From NCBI RefSeq assembly GCF_006345805.1, contig NC_043001.1, positions 54,808,001 to 54,872,000 of the forward strand: a DNA stretch of 64,000 nt, in the 5' to 3' direction. Position numbers and translations under genes: made by a program. Each line of letters begins with the position of its first letter. The stretch's first letter is position 1. The DNA is from Octopus sinensis (lineage: Eukaryota). Shown piece after piece: positions 51,047 through 64,000 of the stretch. The notes under the pieces were generated by a model. The model was not told the origin of the DNA. It made no database searches and was given only the letters and a program-made list of their open reading frames with translations.

Positions 51047-51630
51047 AAGCAGTTGTCCGAAAATGTCATCATGATTTATCTACCGATGAGATAAGATGTA
51101 GCTAGGACACTCTATATTGAAATCCATCAGAAGAACCCATAGTATGGTAGGAACCATGGCCACTCATAATAAAAAGGAGTACTGGTGGAATGTCCCAGTG
51201 AAGACCTCAATACAATGTAAGCACAACAGACCTAATATAACGATTTGGGACAGAGAAGAGAAACTGTGTACAGTTGTAGAAATTAGCTGTCCAGCGGATG
51301 TTAACATAAAGATAAAGATCAGTGAAAAAGAGGATATCTATACTTAACTATTGAGAAATCTGCGGTTACTCTATCCAGATTACAAGTTCAAGTTTATACG
51401 TGTAATTATTGAGACCCTGGGGTATGTAACACACTGCCTAAATAGCAATCTTGAGAAATTGGGTTTCTCAAAACCAGAAAGGACAAAGCTAATTCGAAGA
51501 CTTCAGATCCAATCCATCACTGGAACTGTAAAAATCTGTAAAATTTTCCAGAAGTTTATCATTTGAATATATATGAGCATGTCTTGATATGCAAGTATAC
51601 GCATGAGAATACGTACATAAGACAAAACAT
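51047..51630 (+). mobile_element. 5'-truncated R4-like LINE copy, TACA family
   Basis: HNRPNITIWDREEKLCTVVEISCPADVNIK...; begins directly after (TACA)n. Confidence 0.85.
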
Positions 51631-51749
51631 ACATGTAGATTGCTTTATTTATCAAAACTGCGTTCCATAATATGATCCTCAGGAGAGAACTATTTCAATT
51701 TCAGTGTTCGTCCTCATTTTCTATAAATTATTAATTCCTTTGTCTAAGG

Positions 51750-54349
<2,600 letters not shown>

Positions 54350-55827
54350 GTCTAAGGTTATTGTTCACGTTGATTAGTTTCTTCCTTTGCTTTTTCAAGC
54401 TTATATCTGTGGATTTTGTCTTTTACAACGACTTTTATTGGCTCTATACCAGTGTTCTTCCGAGTGTCTCTTATGTTGTTTTAGGACGGTAACAATGACT
54501 GTCGAAGTCTTGCTTCTTCAATGTTATTGTATTATGTCTTCATTGATTATTTTCACCTTTAACTGCCTGTTCTGAATTTTTCTGGACGTTGGGTGTCACT
54601 ATACTGTGTTTGTTCTATTTTGAAATCCGGTTGCTTAATATCCTGTTTATCTGGGTATTCATTTTCTCGTCACTAAAATTATTTTTCTGGAGTTATTTGC
54701 AGTTCTGTTATCGTTCAATGCATACTAAACAAGAATCAGAACTTTCGTACTTTTTATTATTGTAATGTTATTCTAAGTTTTTGTAAAAGAGTTAACAATA
54801 AAGTTTTGTCCACGTCTTTTCTGTTTCGTCTCACTTGCATAACAACAGTATTTAATGATTGTTGGTGGGACTGGGGATTGCAGTACAGTCTTCAGAAGTA
54901 GAAAATCCCTAAAATTTCAGCAAATGAGGCTTTCTTTACTTTTTTTAAATTTTTGCTATTTGCAATTTGTACTCGCACTTGTACTTCATCTCGTATAAAC
55001 ATACATAGAGAAGTACATACATACACACACACACATATGTATATATATTCATAGATACATACACACATAGAGACATACATACATACGTATTACGTACATA
55101 CATACATACATACATACATACATACATACATACATACATGCTTACATACATATATATACATATATATATATATTCATACATACATACATACATACATACA
55201 TACATACATACATACATACGTACGTACATACATACATACTACATACATACATACATACATACATACTACATACATACATACATACATACATACACTAAGA
55301 CGCACATATATGTTAAATCTTTTATCTTTTCTCTTTTACTTGTTTCAGTCATTGGACTGCTGAGGCACTGCGTTGAAGAATTTTCTAGTCGAATGTATCG
55401 AGCCCAAGTACTTATCTTTTAAATCCTTATACTTATTCTATCAGTGTCGTTTGCCAAACCGCTAGCTTACGGGGACGTAAACGCATAAACACCGGGTGTC
55501 AAGCGGTGTATGTGTGTGTATGGGGGGAGGGAGCATGCGTGGCTGTATGGTTAGATGCTTGCTTCCCAACCACGTGATTCAAGGTTCACTCCCACTGCGT
55601 GGCATCTTGGGCAAGTGTCATCTATTCTAGTCCCGGACCCACCAAAGCCTTGTGAGTTTATTTGGTAGAGAGAAACTGAAATGTATGTATGTATAGGAGA
55701 GTATTGTAATTTGCTTGAAGCATTGTGTATTGCTTGTAAAGAATAAAATGTTTTGAATGGTACAACAATGCACTATAATACAAACAATGGGTTATATACC
55801 TGTCGTAATTTAGTCATCCATAGTCTG

Positions 55828-55864
55828 ATATGATATTTCGGAATAAAATTCCTTCTTCAGATAT
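55828..55864 (-). ncRNA. Candidate minimal hammerhead, left palindrome arm
   Basis: ATAT-CTGAAGA-A-GGAAT-TTT-ATTCC-GAAA-TA-T-C-ATAT. Confidence 0.6.
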
Positions 55865-55914
55865 TCTTAGATGGAGTCGCTGCTATAATCGGTTAGCAGC
55901 GACTTCATCTAAGA

Positions 55915-55949
55915 ATATCTGAAGAAGGAATTTTATTCTGAAATGTCAT
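55915..55949 (+). ncRNA. Candidate minimal hammerhead, right palindrome arm (more decayed)
   Basis: ATAT-CTGAAGA-A-GGAAT-TTT-ATTCT-GAAA-TG-T-C-AT. Confidence 0.45.
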
Positions 55950-56366
55950 CAGACTATGGATGACTAGATTACATGTATACAGCGCATTGTTTGTATTATA
56001 GTGCATTGTTGTACCATTCAAAACTATGTATATATGTATGTATGTATGTGTATGTATGTATGTATGTATGTATGTATGTATGTATGTATGTATGTATGTA
56101 TGTATGTATGCATTTATGTATCTTTGTGTCTATGTGTTTGTGTCCTTCTGTCAGCATTTGTCACCCTATTATCACTTGACAACCGGTGTTGTGGAGTTTA
56201 TGTCCCCGTAACATAGAGGTTCAGCAAAAGACCGATAGAATAAGTGCTAGGCTTTAAAAAAGTCCTGGGGTCAATTTGTTCAACTTAAAAATGCTCTTCA
56301 AGGTGGTGTTCCAGTATGGACGCAGTCAAATGATTGAAAGAAGTAAAAAAAAAAGAAATAGTAAAA

Positions 56367-56430
<64 letters not shown>

Positions 56431-56636
56431 ACACACACACATATATTATATATATATATCTATCTATATATATATAATTAAGGGTTTAACAACAAGTTGC
56501 TTCACCACCTACCGAAAATTTAGAAATAGCAGCCAAAGACAGCTAATTCTAGAAATATGACTCCACAGACAACAATATTTGTAACTCACATAGGCAAAAA
56601 GAAGAAAAAATAACGAAATCAAACAGTCTACGATTA

Positions 56637-56694
56637 ATTATGTATGCGTTTCGGGATTAGAATTATAAAAATTAATTTCCTTCATCAGCATAAT
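56637..56694 (-). ncRNA. Candidate minimal type I hammerhead with canonical core
   Basis: ATTATG-CTGATGA-AG...C-GAAA-CGCA-T-A-CATAAT. 6-bp stem I; stem III ACGCAT is one change from the palindrome ACGCGT. Confidence 0.6.
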
Positions 56695-56914
56695 ATTTCG
56701 AGAATTATAAATTTGAAAATGTTAAGCCTATCCTTTGCATCTCCGATCAAGCGGGGTTGTGGGTCCACTGTTGGTATAATACGCAATTATTAATACACAA
56801 GTGTTTTTTATTGCATTGCAATTAACTTGCCTAGTGTATTAAATGATATTTTACCATTAATATATATTGCAAATAATTGCAATTTACTATATATATATAT
56901 ATACATATACATAC

Positions 56915-57082
<168 letters not shown>

Positions 57083-57087
57083 ATATG

Positions 57088-57118
<31 letters not shown>

Positions 57119-57149
57119 CATATATATGCATACATATATATATATGCAT

Positions 57150-57194
<45 letters not shown>

Positions 57195-57615
57195 ACACAC
57201 ACATATATGAGTGTTCGTGTGTGTGTGTGGTGTGTGTGTGGTGTGTGTGTGTGTGCGCGCGCGCGCGTGTTGCTCACAGAGAAAGAGCACATGAAAGAGT
57301 TTAAAGCAACAAATACTTGAAGTTACTAATTAGTCTCCAATTATCTTAAGGTTAATGTAAACTAAATTTTGTACGAATGTAGACACCAAAACACAAATGC
57401 GTACATACACAAAGGCAAATAATTGCATACTCATAGACAAGCAGAAGCGCACAGTTTACACGTTTAAACATGCACATCTGATTTTACTATAGCATGCACA
57501 CATGTGTGCACATCATTCACAACACATATGTATATACACGTCTGCGTGTGTGCGTGCTTGCGTGTGTGTATATTACATTATATATATACAATACATATAC
57601 ATATACATAATATTA

Positions 57616-57661
<46 letters not shown>

Positions 57662-57792
57662 ATTATATATATAAATAGACAGACTGATAGATAGATAGAT
57701 ATATATCTCTTTATAGCTATACATATAATATATATGTGTGTATAGATAAATAGTATATACTTAGATAGATAGATATATAAATAGATAGGTAA

Positions 57793-57825
<33 letters not shown>

Positions 57826-57827
57826 AT

Positions 57828-57874
<47 letters not shown>

Positions 57875-58075
57875 TAGATAGATAGATCGATAGATAGATA
57901 GATAGCGATACAGACACTCACCCATATAAGTATATACATATGTTTACATACACACACACACACATACGCACATTTACATGTATGTATGTATGTATGTATG
58001 TATGTATGTATGTATGTATGTATGTATGTATGTATGTATGTATGTATGTATGTATGTATGTATGTACATGCATGT

Positions 58076-58589
58076 CATTATTCAGTTTTATTTCAAGATC
58101 TCCTGCCAATAGAGAAAGAGCCGGATTCTAACCTAAATCCAAGGCTCCTTCATTGGAATTTCACAACATCAACACGGTATTTTCATATGCATGTCTCTTC
58201 TATTTTTTCAATTATCTTCCACTGGGGAGAGGGTCGGTTTCCAACAAAGATACAAGGTTCCATATTGGGGATGTAAGTTAACACAGACAAATTCACATTT
58301 GGAACTTGAGAAAAGTCTTGCATATTTTTACTGTTCCACTCACAGATTGCACTTGTAATGTACGAACCAGCCAGTCAATTTCTCTTTCTAAAAATCCCAG
58401 TTTATCCAGCTTATTCTTTAAGCATTTACTTACAAAGCCTAGTGCTCCAGTTATTATTGGTATGAGTATGAATTCATAGTCTAGATATAGAAGGTGCAGC
58501 TTTCGTAGCAGTTATTCATAGATATCCTCTTTTTCTTTTATTTTCAGAGATATTTATATCTGCAGGGCAGCTAACCTCTATGATAGTAC

Positions 58590-58590
<1 letters not shown>
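58076..58590 (-). mobile_element. 5'-truncated R4-like LINE copy, TACA family, embedded in (TATG)n
   Basis: Reverse complement aligns to 51250-51600 and 50700-50960; (TATG)n on both sides. Confidence 0.85.
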
Positions 58591-58620
<30 letters not shown>

Positions 58621-59183
58621 TGTATGTATGTATGTATGTATGTATGTATGTATGTATGTATGTATGTATGTATAGATGGATGGATGTATAGATGGATGGA
58701 TGTATGGATGGATGGATGTAGGTATGTATGTATGCATGCATACGTGTATAAGTTTCTTTTTAATAATAATGAATCGATAAATTACCAAAGTCAACTGATT
58801 GTCATTTGCCAAACTACTGAGTATCATGTTTCCGCTCTTTTATGCCTGTTTATTTTGAATTAACTACTGCATGGATATATTTTGAAATGCTATACGGAAA
58901 CTATGAAGAAAACACTTTATGAACTTCAAAAGATCTTGTGATTAATACGTGTGTAAACAGCTGCTTCAAGCACACGTTTAAGTTAGTTTCATTTCACTTT
59001 TAACACTTAAAAAATTATCATTGCATTCAACTTTTAAACGCCATACAAGACTGTCACTCTAAGGACTGTCATCTTATGAAATGACATTGTTGTTCGGCAG
59101 TACTTAAGAAACATTTGTTTTGTAACACTTTGAAACCAACATTTTGATTAAGAAACAGGTCAAAACTTATACAAAAGATACTA

Positions 59184-60044
59184 CAAGGTGCATTCCAGAA
59201 ATTTTCAGACTTTTCCAGAGGAGACATTTATTAATTTTAAAAGGGTACAAAATTCTTATCTCCTTCAAAGTAGGATCTTCTGACTTTAATGCGCTTGTAG
59301 TGCTCCATCGACTTCGTGAGGGGTACATGGAAGACCTCCAAAAGTCAAGGTATTCAGGACCCTTGTCACAGGTTCCTTCATCTTCAAAACGACTGCCCCT
59401 AGGGTTCTCCTTCAGCTTGGGAAACAACTAAGTCACAGGATGCAATGTCTGGACTTCAGAAAAGGTGGGGGACAGTTTTGTTGCTCATCTCTATCGGTTA
59501 CCCTGAAAAACCTTGCAAAAATTTTGTGCATGCTGAGATCTTCATGAATAATTCTGTGTACAGTTACCACACCGACTCCAAACTGTATGCTTATTGTCTT
59601 TATAGACAGACGACGATCTTCATCCAGATAATTGCAAATTTTCTCAACCACCTCTAATATTCTGATGTCTCTTTTCTCTCACATCTCTCATAGTCTCTCA
59701 CCTCCCCCTCTACTGTCCTTGAATCTCTTGTGCCAGCAAAAATGTAATCCATTATCAGTCTGGAGTTTTTCATATGCGCTTATCCCTAGTTTAACACAAG
59801 ACTTTATTGTATAGCGACCTTCCAAACGTTTCAATTGAATTCTGTAAACAAGTCAGCTTTGATAAGCAGGGTTTAGGATGATGTGTTCAAAGGGTTGTTG
59901 CAGCCACCCCCTTCAATCTGGAATTACAAAAGTTGGCAGATCAGCTTATTAGTTGTATAGTAAGGATATACGAAAATTACAATGATCTAGGAAAATTATA
60001 ACTGCCTCGCCTAAAAAGTCTCAAAACTTCTGGAATGCACTTCG
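59184..60044 (-). mobile_element. Internally deleted mariner with both TIRs
   Basis: TIRs CAAGGTGCATTCCAGAAATTTTCAGACTTTT / AAAAGTCTCAAAACTTCTGGAATGCACTTCG; TA on both sides; DRRLSIKTI, FPKLKENPRGSRFED. Confidence 0.9.
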
Positions 60045-62200
60045 TAGCTCTATGCATACAGGTTACTACTGGCAGCTCATTTTCTCACTTTTTTTGTTGT
60101 TGTTTTTGTTCAAACAGTTACTTCCTTGAAACAAAATTTTAAATTTTTTACTCTCAGATCGTGCCGTATTTTCGATTTAAACCTGCCGATACTGTATGGT
60201 TGTGTCTTACATATAAATCTTCTTACGAGCTGAATAACTAACCTTAACACAGTCCATATCTAATATCTTACAACACTTATGTCCCGGCATAAGTGTAGTA
60301 AGAGAGATTATAAGATTTAGGAATTTCCTGTTTATATTAATTCTTTCGATTAGATTTATTAAAATGTTCCACTTTCTGTTTCTATTCTAAAATTGACAGT
60401 GTTTTCTCAGTGCTTTTTACATTTCTAACCTTATCAGAGAATTCACTATTTCTGAGTTTTATCATAATATCCATTTACTCTCCATAAGCATTTTCATTCG
60501 AAGATATGAAGAAAACTCGTTGACCAATTCTGTTGTGTCTGGGGAGAGTCATTTTCTTTTTGTGCCTTATATTGTAACACACTCACCGGTAAAATTTTCA
60601 CTCATTTCTTATTTTTATTTTCCTAAAATTTTCGTTGCGTCTTGCTGTTGTCAAGCAAGTTCTTGACGAGTGATTTGATTGTTAGTGTATGTAACATTTA
60701 TTTCTTATTCGATTTCATGGTTTGGTTTGAAACCGTTATTATCCAGCGTCATTATGTCTGTGTATCCGTATCTGTATATGTATATATGTCTGTATGTACG
60801 TCTGTATGTGTGTCTACACGCACGCGTATAGAAAGATAGATGTGCGCGCGCGCCTGTGTTCGTGTGTCTATTAAGAGTATAAGTATCTATGAAATACTTG
60901 CAACACATGAAATAAGTAGTTTCGTTTATCAAACAACTGCTGCATTCGTTCTTCGAAATCAAAGTGTGATCCACGAACATATATCAATCTGCCGCTTTCA
61001 GTTTTATTGATAATCATTAGCAAATACATGTCCATATCGTGTATCATCGTATGGTTAAACGATTCGCTTTGCCATAAAGTAGTTGGAAGAGTAATCCCAC
61101 TGCACGGTACCCTATGCAAGCATTTCTAGATGATCTCGGGTTAATCCAATCTTCATGTCTTCAATTAAGTAAATGGAAATTGTGTGGATGTAAGATGGAT
61201 GCTATCGCTTCTTCGGTAATAAATCTAACCTGTCGCCCGATTTAGCACTACCTCTAGGTTTCCGGGTGCTTTTAGAGTATTCTACTGAATTACAAACGGC
61301 TGGACAAAGGTCTCTGAGTGAGGATTTCTTCCTCGTTTTCCTCAAACATTTATGAAGGTGCTGCAAAAAGATAATGAATACTGCCATTTTCTTCTCCCAC
61401 GAAGCCAATAAAAAAAAAACAATAACAAAAACATTCGATGTAAGCCAGAAAAGTGTGACTCAACTGTCTGGAAAAAGAAAATAAAGAATCGATTACTTCT
61501 AGTTATTGAACTGTTTATGTTCGGCCAAAATTGCTATTATATTTATATAAAGACTACCAAACACTCACAAATATAATAAACTTGTCAACATTTACTTATA
61601 ATTACATTTATGAGAGTAATATATATAAAATCGATGATATGAACTTACTTTGATTCTCAATGGCCACCAAAAGCGACAGACGCAACCGTGTGAGTGTGTG
61701 TGTATGTGTGTGTGTGTGCATGTGTGCGTGTGAGTGTATGTGTATACATAAACATTATATAGATAAATCAAAGAGATGTAATTAACTTAAGTAAGCGATA
61801 TTGTTATCAATTCTATAGAATTAAACGGCCTTTTAAGTTATTATACATACACACTCACACTCATGTTTTCTATGTCTATTTACATATATAAATAAACATA
61901 ATCCTCTATGTATATCAATAGATTACTGGTGCGTTAACAGTTTTTGCTTTCGTTGCAAATCTGTATTAACGATAACATTGATAGATTTTTGACCAAGACT
62001 GTATGCATAGTCAGTTAAAGAGAGTGCTCAGTCTCTGATGAATTCCCAGCACAGGATTGTAACTAGTCCTAATGATCCCTCTTTTTTTATCCCATAGGTA
62101 TGTGTGCGTATCCATGTATTTGTGTGTGTATGTGTACACGCCTGTATAATACAAATTAAACTAAGTTACTTACATCCGTATATACATGCCGACTTGGTTG

Positions 62201-62249
<49 letters not shown>

Positions 62250-62453
62250 GAACAAAGGCAAAAGAAAAAAGATTTCTAAGCCAATATGCTGAGAATAGAT
62301 TTTAAATCGTCAATTACCACACACAATATACATCACTCTGAATACACGTTGTGCTGAAATCGAGGAAGGCAAGCTAACAGAATTTTTTTTTAAATTCGTT
62401 ATCTCTATATTGACTCAATTTCGGGATTAATCCGAGGGATTTTTCCCTCTTCA

Positions 62454-62510
<57 letters not shown>

Positions 62511-62647
62511 TATATATATATATATATAGATATATATATATATATATATCTATATATATATATATATATATAGTATATATATATATAGATAGATAGATAG
62601 ATAGATATATAGATAGATAGATAGATAGATAGATATATAGATATATA

Positions 62648-62683
<36 letters not shown>

Positions 62684-64000
62684 TATGTATATGTATATAT
62701 ATATATGTATGTATATATATGTATATGTATATATATTTTGTAGATATATTTCTTGAGGTGGAAGAAATTATAGTCTAAAACATTTATTGTGTATATATTT
62801 TTTCTCTCTTTCATAACAAAAACGTGTATGTTTGTATGCATGTATGTATACACACACACATACACACACGATTAGTAACAAATATCAGATTGAAACATGA
62901 TGATTAACATTGCTCAAAAATCGATAACAACGTCCCCTCATATATTGACGTGTTCTTTCTCTTATAACCTCTGAAGCTCTTTCCCTGGTTCTACCACTTC
63001 ATTATAACAATGAAAGCGCCTGAGAAGTTCAATAAAGAACCCCTCATCATACACATTCGCTCTTTTCTTCACTCTTTTCTCTCCTTTTCCTCCTCCTCCT
63101 CCTTCTTCTTCTTCTTCTTCTTCTTCTTCTTCTTCTTCTTCTTCTTCTTCTTCTTCTTCTTCTTCTTCTTCTTCTTCTTCTTCTTCTTCTTCTTCTTCTT
63201 CTTCTTCTTCTCCTGCTTTTCTGTCTCTCACACTCAGCTCCCCTTCTCTTTGTTTATCTACCTCATCACTGTATCTAGCACGACCAATGAAAATCACTAG
63301 AATTAAGGCGGTAAATCGGTCAGACTGTTGAAAGTCTTGTCCGAGTGAACAAAGAAGAGAAATAACACAGAAAATATGTAAATTAGTCATAAATCGCGTG
63401 ATTAACAAAGGAACAACCCTTGTCGAGTTAATTTGGGTAGGATAGAATGGGAGTTGAGCATAAGGTGTGACGAAGGGGAAATGAGATACATCTATAAATT
63501 ATTGGTACATTAAATTGTGTGTGCACGTGTGTCCTAAGTTATACACAAGTCTAATCATGTATATCAGTAACTGCAACATTTCTCATCGATCTTTTTCACT
63601 CCCCGTCTCTCTCATTATATGCTTGGTGCTGAGTTATCTAATATGGTCCTGGTGTAGAAAGTCCCTCCATTTTTGTGGTGGAGATGGGGAGTGATTCTCG
63701 CATGTCATCACCCAGCTTAATACGAGCCCTGGTTCCTGGGTACCTTCAATAGAGTTTAACTCTTGCGTGTATTCGGATCAGACTCTTGGCTGGGAGGCGA
63801 CTATTGTGACATCAAATCTCAGCGATACCATTTACATTCCATTTGACGTCAATCCAACCAAGACCAAAATCATCACCTCTTATTGGTTTCAAAGTTTGGC
63901 AATAAGGTCGGCAGTTTTGAGGAAGCGGGTACGTCGATTACATCGATCTCAATGTTCAACTGGTACTTATTTTAACGATCCCGGATGAATGAAAGGCAAA

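Larger units (their letters stand above)
55750..56024. repeat. 275-bp near-perfect palindrome with 8-nt loop
   Basis: 55750-55885 versus the reverse complement of 55894-56024. Confidence 0.95.

Noticed and set aside
60871-61408. Minus-strand ORFs of 82 and 68 aa as host exons
   Set aside because: No recognisable domain and no consistent acceptor-donor pair.
62035-62068. CTGATGA...GTAACTAGTC as a hammerhead
   Set aside because: GAAA is altered and there is no stem I complement; too degenerate to call.

Overview
AT-rich, microsatellite-laden animal genomic DNA made almost entirely of transposable-element debris. The repeat families resemble, from memory, a coleoid cephalopod (octopus-like) genome; this is inference. 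No complete host gene is supported, only a few isolated candidate exons. Recognisable content: L1/Tx1, RTE and CR1-type LINE fragments; two R4/Dong-like restriction-endonuclease LINE families; two Penelope-like (PLE) RT elements; Tc1, mariner and Tigger/pogo transposon relics; a full-length Buster-type hAT with TSD; a non-autonomous Helitron; a probable solo LTR; four SINE families; and a 100-N gap. The most striking unexplained layer is more than ten minimal hammerhead-ribozyme-like motifs in short PLE-derived elements, foldbacks and palindromes, including a U3:A8 core variant and a palindrome with one hammerhead per strand. Also notable are an ORF1-only L1/Tx1 element with a putative TSD (HAL1-like) and a LINE family tied to (TACA)n tracts. 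All alignments and folds were done by eye, so element boundaries are approximate unless a TSD or TIR is cited.
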